Positions 9,918-20,160 of a DNA stretch of 32,000 bases are shown here, one piece after another. Numbering within the stretch: the first letter of the stretch is position 1; the number at the start of each line of letters is the position of its first letter. The stretch spans positions 900,001 through 932,000 of the forward strand of contig NC_004459.3 of assembly GCF_000039765.1 (NCBI RefSeq). The letters run 5' to 3'. The translations under genes and the position numbers were made by a program. The notes under the pieces are model-generated. The model worked only from the letters and a program-made list of their open reading frames with translations. It was not told the DNA's origin and did no database searches. This DNA is from Vibrio vulnificus CMCP6 (lineage in GTDB: Bacteria; Pseudomonadota; Gammaproteobacteria; Enterobacterales; Vibrionaceae).

Positions 9918-10240
9918 TCCGAACGGCCACTGAGTGGCCAAAACTGTGTTGCACTCATTCAGTGCACCAATAATCCATTTGTTTTTCGTGCTTTCCATGC
10001 CAAAAGGTGTTGTTCGTCATCTTCCTGATGATTTTTGGCTTTCCATCGACTTCCTGTATCACGGCTTACTCCCTAAGCCTGATCCTTTACCCTGTCTTAA
10101 CCTTTAGACGAGATGACCATCCTTATCTGACCTGTATCCTACAGGTCTAACGTCCTTTTCTCCGACTACCAAGCGATCCGTTGCTTGCATCCTTGGAGAC
10201 CATCTTGGTCTGAATCCTTCACCAACTCCCTGCTGGTGAT
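9890..10240 (-). ncRNA. CsrB/CsrC/CsrD-family CsrA-sequestering small RNA
   Basis: The minus strand has 16 GGA motifs in about 350 nt. Several sit in stem-loops: GACCTGT-AGGAT-ACAGGTC, GGCTTA-GGGAG-TAAGCC, CATC-AGGAA-GATG, CAAGC-AACGGATC-GCTTG, CACCA-GCAGGGAGT-TGGTG. Promoter TTGTTT-N16-TAAATT at 10272-10245. Terminator GCGACAGCATGGCTGTCGCTTTTTTTATTTT at 9890-9916. Confidence 0.9.
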
Positions 10241-10244
10241 GCCT

Positions 10245-10272
10245 AATTTACCTTGTCATCAAAATGAAACAA
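10245..10272 (-). promoter_or_regulatory. sigma70-type promoter of the Csr-type sRNA
   Basis: Minus strand: -35 TTGTTT (10272-10267), 16-bp spacer, -10 TAAATT (10250-10245). Confidence 0.6.
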
Positions 10273-10452
10273 GCGAGTGAAAACGATTTCGTCGACGTTT
10301 TTAACTTAATTTTTATTTTTCTCTATTTATCAATGCATTAAATAAAGCACTTAGACAAAGGCGGGAAAAGAAATGGCAAATGTCTTACAAAGACTAAGGC
10401 GATTTGTCTTTTCTCTTCTTTTCTACCTAAACCATGTGAGTACATGGCTATC

Positions 10453-10495
10453 AAAAAAGAAAACGCCCTAGTACAGTAGTACCAGGGCGTTTTCA
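10453..10495 (-). terminator. Rho-independent terminator of the cytochrome c gene
   Basis: Minus strand: AAACGCCCTGGTACTACTGTACTAGGGCGTTTTCTTTTTT. Confidence 0.85.
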
Positions 10496-10525
10496 TACAA
10501 CCTTTGCTCGAGCGGTTCAGGCTAA

Positions 10526-11143
10526 TTAGTGAAGACCACCAACATATTTAGACAGAATCTCAATGTCTTCGTCGGTCAGTTTCTTCGCGATGTCACGCAT
10601 CATTGCATTCATATCATTGCCACGTGACGCGTCGCGGAATTTAACAAGTTGAGCTTTGATGTAGTCAGCATGCTGACCTGAAATTTTAGGGAAACCTGAA
10701 AGCTCAGTACCGTTACCACGAGGGCCATGACAAGCAATACATGCTGCAATACCACGGTTGGCATCGCCTGCGGTATAAAGCACTTTACCTTGCTCCACCA
10801 CATTTTCTGGCGTGGTGTTGTGAGAAATTGGCAGTGAGGCATAATAAGCCGCGAGATCCGCCATGTCCTGTTCACTTAATGGCATAGCCATGCCACTCAT
10901 AACCGGATCGTAACGACCTTGCTTACCAGCACTTTCCATACCTAATTTGAGATCTTTCAACTGCTTCTCAAGGTATTTGGCGTGTTGACCTGCCAGTTTT
11001 GGGTAAGTAGTGATTGCACTGTTGCCGTCAGCACCGTGACACGCAACACACGTTTGGGATTTTGCTTTACCAGCTTCAATATTACCTTGGGCCCATACTG
11101 AGCAGCTGGCTATAAGACTCAAAATTAGCGCTAATTTCTTCAT
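10526..11143 (-). CDS. diheme cytochrome c4-type protein
   Basis: 205 aa. Signal peptide (MKKLALILSLIASCSVWAQG) and two CXXCH motifs (CVACHGADGN, CIACHGPRGNG). Confidence 0.93.
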   Translation of the reverse strand: MKKLALILSLIASCSVWAQGNIEAGKAKSQTCVACHGADGNSAITTYPKLAGQHAKYLEKQLKDLKLGMESAGKQGRYDPVMSGMAMPLSEQDMADLAAYYASLPISHNTTPENVVEQGKVLYTAGDANRGIAACIACHGPRGNGTELSGFPKISGQHADYIKAQLVKFRDASRGNDMNAMMRDIAKKLTDEDIEILSKYVGGLH

Positions 11144-11289
11144 GACATTCCATTATAATTATCAAGCTTCCAGTACCACGGATGTGAACATACCGAGTAC
11201 ACTCATGGTACAATAGGCGACCTTATGCCGAGCACGGTTATTTTACACAATTTCACAAAAAAGTAATCAATCGACTACACAAAGTCGAG

Positions 11290-11952
11290 ATGGAGTTAAC
11301 AGTGAGCGTAAAAATTCATTACCAAAACACGCATTTCATCACTAGTGCACCCGATATTCGCCATTTACCCGCTGATGAAGGGATCGAAATTGCGTTTGCA
11401 GGACGCTCAAATGCTGGTAAGTCCAGTGCACTGAATCGCTTAACCAATCAGAAAAACTTAGCTAAGACCTCGAAAACCCCAGGTCGTACTCAGTTGATTA
11501 ACTTGTTTAAAGTCACGGAAGGTTGCCACATTGTCGACCTACCTGGGTACGGCTTTGCACAAGTGCCACTTGAAATGAAAAATAAGTGGCAAAAATCACT
11601 TGGTGAGTATTTGCAAAAACGCGAATGCTTGAAGGGCTTAGTGGTACTGATGGACATTCGTCATCCAATGAAAGATCTCGACCAACAGATGATCTTTTGG
11701 GCAATTGAAAGTCGTATCCCTGTGCAAGTACTGCTGACAAAAGCAGACAAACTGAAGAGCGGTGCGCGTAAAGCGGAATTGCTCAAAGTGCGCAAGTTGG
11801 CGGAAACCTTCGGTGGGGACGTACAAGTGGATGTCTATTCCTCCCTCAAAGGGCTTGGGGTGGATCAGCTTAGAGCCAAACTGGATACTTGGTTTGCACC
11901 TGCGCTTGCTCACCTGCTGGAAGACGAAGAAGGGTCAAATTCAGCCGAGTAA
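11290..11952 (+). CDS. engB: ribosome biogenesis GTPase EngB (YihA/YsxC)
   Basis: [15 protein letters not shown] (G1), [13 protein letters not shown] (G2), DLPGYGFA (G3), LLTKADKL (G4). The exact start codon is uncertain. Confidence 0.96.
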   Translation: MELTVSVKIHYQNTHFITSAPDIRHLPADEGIEIAFAGRSNAGKSSALNRLTNQKNLAKTSKTPGRTQLINLFKVTEGCHIVDLPGYGFAQVPLEMKNKWQKSLGEYLQKRECLKGLVVLMDIRHPMKDLDQQMIFWAIESRIPVQVLLTKADKLKSGARKAELLKVRKLAETFGGDVQVDVYSSLKGLGVDQLRAKLDTWFAPALAHLLEDEEGSNSAE

Positions 11953-11979
11953 AACGGATAACCATCGCTTCGCTCTCAA

Positions 11980-12010
11980 AGCCCTGCTGTTTATAAGCAG
12001 GGTTTTTTGT
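11980..12010 (+). terminator. Rho-independent terminator of engB
   Basis: CCCTGCTGTTTATAAGCAGGGTTTTTTGTG. Confidence 0.9.
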
Positions 12011-12474
12011 GTCTCTTCTTACTTGGCGGATTGGTCATCACTGAATACGCCTTTCCGTCATTGTTCAGCGCAAAGTTCTCTCCTTTAGATACAAAAATCC
12101 CCGCCATCCTGGCAGGGAAACGGGAGAGAAAAATCGGTAGTTATTGTTATGCTTTGAAGCATTACCGATGTTTGTTTCTATTTCAATAGCTCAGTCATTG
12201 ATGAAAATGACACACCCTCTCAGCTTTCGCCCTCTAAAAACCATCTAACTAACTGATAAAAATAAGAAATACATCAATAACATCCTATTTATATATGCAC
12301 TTAGTTTTCCAAGAGAAATAATCAGAGTGTGAGTGGTGTAAATTTACATATTGATATAACGCTCTGTTGCGTTCGTTTTTCAATCTGAAACCGTATAAAA
12401 AGAAACAAACAAGAGGCGTTAAGAATGGAGATGCGATATAGATATGATTTAATTGAAATTTTATTTAGCCCAAT

Positions 12475-12581
12475 AAAAAACGCCCCAGTCAAATAACCTG
12501 ACTGGGGCGGCTGAATCAGCCTAATCCAATAACGTGAAACAAAAGGTCTGAAAGATAGAACATCTTACCTCTGTACCCTAC
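12475..12581 (-). ncRNA. spf: Spot 42 small RNA
   Basis: Minus strand: GTAGGGTACAGAGGTAAGATGTTCTATCTTTCAGACCTTTTGTTTCACGTTATTGGATTAGGCTGATTCAGCCGCCCCAGTCAGGTTATTTGACTGGGGCGTTTTTT. The 5' end is the same as the E. coli Spot 42 sequence I know. Located between polA and engB. -35/-10 are TTGCAA-N16-TACATT. Confidence 0.97.
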
Positions 12582-12694
12582 GCGTACTAATGTACAACAA
12601 TTGGTCAGAATTGCAAACTTTTTCTGTAGTTTTTTTTCATGATTTTTTTATTTAACTACAACTCAACAATATTTCTGCAAACTTTTTTGATGCT

Positions 12695-12724
12695 AAAAAA
12701 AAGCCAGAGTTTGTGCTCTGGCTC
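12695..12724 (-). terminator. Rho-independent terminator of polA
   Basis: Minus strand: AGCCAGAG-CACAAA-CTCTGGCTTTTTTTT. Confidence 0.9.
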
Positions 12725-12756
12725 ATGATATTTATTCGTTTTTGTACAAAAAATGC

Positions 12757-15552
12757 TTAATGCGCTTGATCCCAGTTGTCACCATGGCCAGCTTCCGCCA
12801 CCAAAGGAACATTTAACTGTGCTGCAGATTCCATCAATTGTTGTACTTTACTTTCAATTTCGGTCAAACAGGACTCTTCCACTTCAAACACCAGTTCATC
12901 GTGTACTTGCATCAGTAATTTGACTCGACCATTGCCTTCCTCTTGAATCCACTGATCCACCAACAACATCGCTTTCTTGATGATGTCTGCTGCAGTGCCC
13001 TGCATTGGAGCGTTGATCGCCGCACGTTCTGCTGCTTTACGACGCATCACATTGCGAGAGGTAATTTCCGGTAGATGCAAACGACGACCAAAAATGGTTT
13101 CAACATAACCATGTTGAGCGGCATTTGAACGTGTGTCTTCCATGTACTGCATGACACCAGGGTAGCGCTCGAAATATTTATCCATATAAGCTTGTGCTTC
13201 ACCACGCGGAATTCCAAGCTGTTTCGCTAAACCAAACGCACTCATGCCATAGATAAGACCAAAGTTGACGGCTTTGGCTCGACGACGCTGCTCACTGGAG
13301 ACTTGTTCAATCGACACGCCCATGATTTCTGCCGCGGTTGCCGCATGGATATCTTTGCCTTGCTGGAAGGCGTCAAGCAGTGCTTGGTCACCAGACAAGT
13401 GCGCCATAATACGCAATTCAATCTGTGAATAGTCGACCGCAAGAATTTTATAGCCATGTGGCGCAACGAACGCTTGGCGAATACGGCGTCCTTCTTCATT
13501 ACGAATTGGAATATTTTGCAAGTTTGGATCGGTTGACGATAAACGACCAGTAGCCGTCACGGCTTGATGGTAAGACGTATGCACGCGCCCTGTGTGTGGG
13601 TTAATCATTTTCGGCAGCTTATCGGTGTAAGTCGATTTCAACTTCGCTAAGCCACGGTACTCCATAATGACGCTCGGCAGTGGGTAATCCAACGCGAGTT
13701 CTTGCAACACTTCTTCTGCTGTAGAAGGGGTACCTGAAGGCGTTTTCTTGATAACAGGTAAACCCATTTGCTCAAACAAGATGGTTTGCAGCTGCTTTGG
13801 CGAGTTCATATTGAATGGCTGGCCTGCGATTTCATACGCTTTTTGCTCTAACTCTCCCAAGCGCACAGCGATCTCTTGAGATTGCGCAGACAGTTTCATG
13901 TCATCAATCAACACACCAGTCCGTTCCATACGTGATAACACTGGCACTAATGGCACTTCAATCTCTTGATAGATGGCGTTGAGTTTCTCATCTTGTTCAA
14001 TATTGGCAAACAAGCGGTTGTGCAAACGCAAGGTGACATCCGCGTCTTCGGCGGCATAAACCGCAGCTTCATTCAGATCAATTTGATTGAAAGTCAGCTG
14101 ATTCTTGCCTTTGCCAGCCAATTGCTCAAACGAAATACAACTGTGCTGTAGGAAGCGCAGTGCCAAGCTATCCATGTCGTGCTTGCCGCCCACGCTGTTG
14201 TACACATAAGAAGCCAGCATGGTGTCGTGCTTGATGCCCTTCATCTCAATACCATAGCGAGCCAGCACTGAGGCATCGTACTTCAAGTTTTGGCCAACTT
14301 TTGCCTTCGTATCATCTTCCAGCAGTGGCTTAAGTTGAGCCAGCACCCAATCGCGATCAAGTTGCTCCGGAGCATCCAGATAATCGTGTGCGACAGGCAC
14401 ATAGGCAGCTTCACCTTCTGCCACAGCAAATGACAGGCCCACTAAGTTAGCGACCATGTAATCAAGGCTGTCCGTTTCGGTATCGAAGGCAAACAGCTCT
14501 GACGCTTTCAGCTTGTCCAACCAAATGTCGAATGTCGCTTGGTCGAAGATGGTTTGATATTGGCTACGGTCAATATTCGCCGCAGCATTGTTGATTTCAC
14601 TTTCAACCGGAGATGCGCCACTGCGTACCGAGGTTTGTGCTTTTTCATCCGCTTCAACAACACCAGTGCCACCTTCTAGTAGCTCATTGAGCCAAGATTT
14701 AAAGGCCAGTTGGCCATAGAGCTTGATCAGCTCATCTTTATTTGGCTCTGTTTTTAAAAGGGATTCTGGCGTTTCTTGCAATGCAACATCAAGCTTGATC
14801 GTCGCTAGCTGATAAGACAGCAACGCATTGTCTTTGTTGTCCACCAGCTTCTTCGCCATGGTTTTTGAGCCGCGGAAGCTCAGTGCCGCAATGTCATCCA
14901 AATGGTCGTACAACTGACTAAGACCACCAATACCTTGCAGCAGAGCTGTGGCGGTTTTATCACCCACACCAGGCACGCCAGGAATGTTATCGACCTTGTC
15001 ACCCATTAACGCGAGATAATCGATGATCAGTTCAGGTGGAATACCGAATTTCTCAATGACCCCTTCTCTGTCCATCACGACATTGGTCATGGTGTTGATT
15101 AGGGTAATGTTGTCGTCCACTAACTGAGCCATATCTTTATCACCGGTACTGATCAGCACCGGCATCCCTTGTTGAGAAGCTTGATAGGCCAGCGTACCAA
15201 TCACATCGTCCGCTTCAACACCTTCAATAGCAATCAAGGGAAGCCCCATTGCTTTAATAACTTGATGAAGAGGTTCTATTTGGCAACGCAGATCGTCCGG
15301 CATTGGTGGTCGGTTGGCCTTATATTCCGGATACATATCGTCGCGAAAGGTTTTGCCTTTGGCGTCAAACACCACCGCAATACGATCAGAAGCAAACTGA
15401 CGCATCATGCTGCGCAGCATGTTCACCACACCGTAGACCGCATTGGTTGGGATATCACCATTACTCATGGTGCCAGGATAGGCATGAAACGCTCGATAGA
15501 GGTAAGAAGAGCCATCAATAAGAATTAATGGATTTTCAGGAATAGTGGCCAT
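12757..15552 (-). CDS. polA: DNA polymerase I
   Basis: N-terminal 5' nuclease domain ([18 protein letters not shown]), 3'-5' exonuclease ([13 protein letters not shown]), polymerase A motifs ([49 protein letters not shown]). The start is placed at [14 protein letters not shown] rather than the 15630 start. Confidence 0.98.
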   Translation of the reverse strand: MATIPENPLILIDGSSYLYRAFHAYPGTMSNGDIPTNAVYGVVNMLRSMMRQFASDRIAVVFDAKGKTFRDDMYPEYKANRPPMPDDLRCQIEPLHQVIKAMGLPLIAIEGVEADDVIGTLAYQASQQGMPVLISTGDKDMAQLVDDNITLINTMTNVVMDREGVIEKFGIPPELIIDYLALMGDKVDNIPGVPGVGDKTATALLQGIGGLSQLYDHLDDIAALSFRGSKTMAKKLVDNKDNALLSYQLATIKLDVALQETPESLLKTEPNKDELIKLYGQLAFKSWLNELLEGGTGVVEADEKAQTSVRSGASPVESEINNAAANIDRSQYQTIFDQATFDIWLDKLKASELFAFDTETDSLDYMVANLVGLSFAVAEGEAAYVPVAHDYLDAPEQLDRDWVLAQLKPLLEDDTKAKVGQNLKYDASVLARYGIEMKGIKHDTMLASYVYNSVGGKHDMDSLALRFLQHSCISFEQLAGKGKNQLTFNQIDLNEAAVYAAEDADVTLRLHNRLFANIEQDEKLNAIYQEIEVPLVPVLSRMERTGVLIDDMKLSAQSQEIAVRLGELEQKAYEIAGQPFNMNSPKQLQTILFEQMGLPVIKKTPSGTPSTAEEVLQELALDYPLPSVIMEYRGLAKLKSTYTDKLPKMINPHTGRVHTSYHQAVTATGRLSSTDPNLQNIPIRNEEGRRIRQAFVAPHGYKILAVDYSQIELRIMAHLSGDQALLDAFQQGKDIHAATAAEIMGVSIEQVSSEQRRRAKAVNFGLIYGMSAFGLAKQLGIPRGEAQAYMDKYFERYPGVMQYMEDTRSNAAQHGYVETIFGRRLHLPEITSRNVMRRKAAERAAINAPMQGTAADIIKKAMLLVDQWIQEEGNGRVKLLMQVHDELVFEVEESCLTEIESKVQQLMESAAQLNVPLVAEAGHGDNWDQAH

Positions 15553-15880
15553 AGTTGTCGTTATCCAGCAGAGAATAAAATGATCTGCTAAGGATGCCAC
15601 GTCTAATCCAGTGAATCCACGCTCTCGCATAAAATCCGTTAGCTAAGATGTCACAATTAGCTCACATTTTCCTCTCCATCTGTGGATAAGTCTGTTTATA
15701 TTAATTATCCACCGGATATTCAAGTCGTTAAAACCAGTATAAAAATGAAAATATCACATTGAAAAATAAGACAAAATATCAAGATCGAAGCGAAAGAAAA
15801 CGATCATTTAGCGATCATCCATTGTGGACAAAGATAATCACTGAGAAAAAATAAGTCTTTCTGTACAGAAAAAAACCAAT

Positions 15881-15908
15881 AAAAAAAGCGACATCGTTTG
15901 ATGTCGCC
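15881..15908 (-). terminator. Rho-independent terminator of RyhB
   Basis: Minus strand: GCGACATC-AAAC-GATGTCGCTTTTTTT. Confidence 0.9.
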
Positions 15909-16109
15909 TAGCAAAATTGCGGTGAAGCTAATTCGTTGAATACGGCAGCTTAACCATAAAGCTATAAATTACACTGGAAGCAATGTGAGCAATGTCGTGT
16001 CAAAAAGAATTCGTGCAAGTTCAGAGCAATTTGTATCATCACCTTTTCAACACCGTTGTTTGGGGTAAATCAACATCCTTGTGAACTTTTCCTCATTCCC
16101 TAAGACGCC
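15881..16109 (-). ncRNA. ryhB: RyhB small RNA (long Vibrio-type form)
   Basis: Minus strand contains GACACGACATTGCTCACATTGCTTCCAGTGTAAT, nearly the same as the E. coli RyhB pairing core (GCACGACATTGCTCACATTGCTTCCAGTATTA). Promoter TTGACA-N16-TATTAT overlaps a Fur-like box. It ends in GGCGACATCAAACGATGTCGCTTTTTTT. Confidence 0.94.
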
Positions 16110-16113
16110 TTAA

Positions 16114-16140
16114 TAATAACAATTCTCATTTGCATGTCAA
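16114..16140 (-). promoter_or_regulatory. ryhB promoter with overlapping Fur box
   Basis: Minus strand TTGACATGCAAATGAGAATTGTTATTATT. The plus-strand 15-mer TAATAACAATTCTCA (16114-16128) matches the 7-1-7 Fur core TGATAATGATTATCA at 11 of 15 positions. Confidence 0.8.
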
Positions 16141-16317
16141 CTATCAAATGAGAAAAAATCTCATTTATTTACCGTGATACTCAAGCTTTATGAGCCATTT
16201 AATTTGGACTCTCATGTTTCTATATTATTTTCAAAGAGATATACATTAACGCTCCCTCTTAGTGAGCACATACCCATCAAGCAAAGCGCTTTTTTGATTG
16301 TTATCTTCCTGACAAAA

Positions 16318-16343
16318 CGTAAAAAGGCTGGCACAAGCCAGCC
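16318..16343 (-). terminator. Rho-independent terminator of hemB
   Basis: Minus strand: GGCTGGCTTGTGCCAGCCTTTTTTACG. Confidence 0.85.
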
Positions 16344-16369
16344 TCATAACCTCGCAAGAGGGATTACCA

Positions 16370-17449
<1,080 letters not shown>

Positions 17450-17561
17450 TCATATCACTACGAAGGCTGCGCGCCAGCAACAATAAAGAAAAATCGCAAA
17501 AATGACCAAATGCTCACACTGGCGTATACTCTGCACACCTTTTGAACGCTGAGATAACCTA

Positions 17562-18332
17562 ATGATTGACACTCATGCCCATATTTACGCCAAAGAATTT
17601 GACCAAGACCGCGACCAAGTTGTGCAACGCGCGCTTGAGCAGGGCATTGAAAAAATCTTACTACCCAATATCGACCTCGATTCCATTGAGCCGATGCTAC
17701 GCACCGAAGCCGCGTACCCAGACATATGCCATTCAATGATGGGGCTGCATCCATGTTATGTGGACAATAATGTGAAGCAGACGCTCGAGACGATCCACGC
17801 TTGGTTTGCAAAACATTCGTTCATTGCTGTCGGTGAGATTGGTATCGACTTGTATTGGGATAAAACGTATCAAAAGGAGCAAGAGTGGGCCTTTGCCACT
17901 CAGCTTAATTGGGCAAAAGAGCTTAAACTGCCCGTTGTCATTCATACGCGAGATTCCATTCAAGAAACTCTCAAACTCCTAAAAGCCGAGCAAGACGGTA
18001 CATTGAGTGGGGTATTTCACTGCTTTGGTGGTTCAATTGAAGAAGCCAACGCCATCAACGACCTTGGTTTCCATCTTGGTTTAGGCGGGGTCACCACCTT
18101 TAAGAATGGTGGCATGGACAGTGTCATTCCAAGCCTAGATCTCAACTATGTGATTCTCGAGACGGATTGCCCTTATTTAGCCCCCGTTCCACATCGCGGC
18201 AAACGGAATGAACCTGCTTATACCCGATTGGTCAATGAACGGATCGCCGATCTACGACAACTCTCCAATGAGGAAGTGGCTAAAATAACCTCAGAAAATG
18301 CCAAACGTTTGTTTCACTTACTGGATAAATAA
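17562..18332 (+). CDS. tatD: TatD-family metal-dependent DNase
   Basis: MIDTHAHIYAKEFDQDRD, GLHPCYV, AVGEIGIDLYWD, VFHCFGG, LETDCPYLAPVPHRGKRNEP. Confidence 0.95.
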   Translation: MIDTHAHIYAKEFDQDRDQVVQRALEQGIEKILLPNIDLDSIEPMLRTEAAYPDICHSMMGLHPCYVDNNVKQTLETIHAWFAKHSFIAVGEIGIDLYWDKTYQKEQEWAFATQLNWAKELKLPVVIHTRDSIQETLKLLKAEQDGTLSGVFHCFGGSIEEANAINDLGFHLGLGGVTTFKNGGMDSVIPSLDLNYVILETDCPYLAPVPHRGKRNEPAYTRLVNERIADLRQLSNEEVAKITSENAKRLFHLLDK

Positions 18333-18623
18333 TGAGTGCCACTTAATGAGCAATTAGATAAAACCTTGTTTTTACTGTGTAAATAGTAAATAGACTCATC
18401 ACTTTTAAGCAATAAATATGAGATCAGAATCACATCCACTAATGGCATTATAAGTGAATTGCATATATGATCTCTGCCACAAAAATCATAACAAAAGTGA
18501 GAAGTTACATGTGTAATCACAGTATTCACTTACAACGTCATCATCGCTCCTTCTGGCAAAAAATCATCGGCATCAAAGAGATTTATATTTGCCAAAATTG
18601 TGGTCATACGATCAAAGTGAGAT

Positions 18624-18659
18624 AAAAAAAGCGGCTTCATTTCATGAAGCCGCTTTTTT
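18624..18659. terminator. Bidirectional Rho-independent terminator
   Basis: AAAAAAAGCGGCTTCATTTCATGAAGCCGCTTTTTTA between the convergent tatD and tatC. Confidence 0.9.
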
Positions 18660-18660
18660 A

Positions 18661-19410
18661 TTATTCTTGCTCTTGTTCTTCGCTTTCCTCTTTGCGGGTA
18701 TAGAAACGCGCAAAGAATAAACCGACTTCAAACAACAAACACATCGGAATGGCCAATAGGGTTTGCGAAATCATATCTGGCGGAGTTAACAGCATCCCTA
18801 CGATAAACGCACCAACAATAATATAGGGACGTTTTTCGCTTAAGCTCTTCGGATCGGTTGCTCCTGTCCAACACAGCAAAATGATCGCTACTGGTACCTC
18901 AAAAGCAATACCAAATGCTAAAAACAGCGCTAAAACAAAATCCAAATAACTGGCGATGTCGGTGGCAAACTCCACACCTCCTAAAGAGATGGCGGTGAAA
19001 AAGCCAAACACCAGGGGAAAGACAACGTAATAGGCAAACGCCACGCCGCAATAAAACAACAACGAACTGGAAACCAACAATGGCATGATTAAGCGACGCT
19101 CATGCTTATACAAGCCAGGCGCCACAAAGGCCCAAACCTGATAAAGAATAAACGGCACAGCCAAAAAGACCGCCACGATCAAAGTCAATTTGAGTGGCGT
19201 GAAAAACGGTGAAGCCACATCCGTTGCGATCATCGTCGCCCCTTCAGGAAGACGCTCCACCAGCGGCGCCGAGATAAACTCGTATATTTCACCAGAAAAA
19301 TAGATTAGGCCGACAAAGACAATCAACACTGCAAGGATCGCTTTCAATAAGCGATTACGCAGTTCTAACAAGTGGCTAATCAAAGGTTGAGTCTGCTCAA
19401 CGGTAGACAT
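18661..19410 (-). CDS. tatC: Sec-independent protein translocase subunit TatC
   Basis: [17 protein letters not shown], multiple TM segments, FGLAFEVPV and [23 protein letters not shown]. Confidence 0.97.
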   Translation of the reverse strand: MSTVEQTQPLISHLLELRNRLLKAILAVLIVFVGLIYFSGEIYEFISAPLVERLPEGATMIATDVASPFFTPLKLTLIVAVFLAVPFILYQVWAFVAPGLYKHERRLIMPLLVSSSLLFYCGVAFAYYVVFPLVFGFFTAISLGGVEFATDIASYLDFVLALFLAFGIAFEVPVAIILLCWTGATDPKSLSEKRPYIIVGAFIVGMLLTPPDMISQTLLAIPMCLLFEVGLFFARFYTRKEESEEQEQE

Positions 19411-19476
19411 GTCAAACCTCTAGAATCAAAACGGATCAAAAAAGAGCTACCCAAAGAGTAGCTCCCCTATGTGAGA

Positions 19477-19869
19477 CTATTCGGACTTGGTATTTGCCGC
19501 CGATGTTTTTGTCGCCTCTGTTTGATGAGTCGCGTCACTAGACGAGCTGGACGTGGCTTCATTTTTGGCTGACACATCTGCGTATGGGCGATTCACCGAC
19601 TGAGCAGCTTGTTTTAGCTGCTCCACGGACGCTTTCAGGTCTGGCGAAAGTTCTTCCATCCCCATTTGCTCTGCTTTACGCAAGTTTTCTTGTAGCTCCT
19701 GAACTTTGAGTTCATGAGCTAACTCGTCTTTAACGCTATTTGCCATGCTTTTCGCTGCACTAACAAATCGCGCCACACTACGAATCGCATGCGGCAAACG
19801 CTCTGGCCCTAAAACAACCAGACCCACGACAAATATCAATACCAGTTCCCAAAAACCGATATCAAACAC
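19477..19869 (-). CDS. tatB: Sec-independent protein translocase subunit TatB
   Basis: [32 protein letters not shown], with tatA and tatC on either side. Confidence 0.96.
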   Translation of the reverse strand: MFDIGFWELVLIFVVGLVVLGPERLPHAIRSVARFVSAAKSMANSVKDELAHELKVQELQENLRKAEQMGMEELSPDLKASVEQLKQAAQSVNRPYADVSAKNEATSSSSSDATHQTEATKTSAANTKSE

Positions 19870-19872
19870 TTA

Positions 19873-20109
19873 TTACGCCTGCTCTTTGTCTTTTTTACTT
19901 TCGGTCGCAGCTTGTTTGCTTTGCTGCTCTAGACTTTTCGGCTCAAAGTCTGCGTCTTTCTTCTCAGACTCTTCTTCGTTCATCGCTTTCTTGAAGCCTT
20001 TAATTGCGCCGCCTAAATCACTACCAATACCGCGCAGTTTTTTAGTTCCGAATAGCAATACAACGATGACAGCAATAATCAACAGTTGCCAGATACTGAT
20101 ACCACCCAT
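19873..20109 (-). CDS. tatA: Sec-independent protein translocase subunit TatA
   Basis: [43 protein letters not shown]. Confidence 0.97.
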   Translation of the reverse strand: MGGISIWQLLIIAVIVVLLFGTKKLRGIGSDLGGAIKGFKKAMNEEESEKKDADFEPKSLEQQSKQAATESKKDKEQA

Positions 20110-20160
20110 TCTTTTTACCTCGGGTCTTTTGTAACAAAAATTAGATCAAGAGTTTAACGT

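Noticed and set aside
9787-9954. N-terminal extension of the methyltransferase ORF (MQHSFGHSVAVRKATAW...)
   Set aside because: The extension overlaps the intrinsic terminator and 3' end of the Csr-type sRNA and has no protein-like conservation. MHTCPLCQ at 9786 is the natural start of the zinc-ribbon/methyltransferase protein.
12007-12189. 60-aa ORF downstream of engB
   Set aside because: It starts inside the T-tract of the engB terminator and has no recognisable domain. It is most likely chance.
12425-12499. 24-codon plus-strand ORF (MEMRYRYDLIEILFSPIKNAPVK) running antisense into the Spot 42 terminator
   Set aside because: The last third is forced by the conserved terminator sequence and there is no independent support. 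Ribosome profiling would be needed.
15900-16109. Very short ORFs inside the long RyhB transcript (e.g. MIQIALTCTNSF, MVKLPYSTN)
   Set aside because: They are 8-12 codons, have poorly spaced ribosome binding sites, and lack any conservation evidence. Not enough to claim a dual-function RNA.
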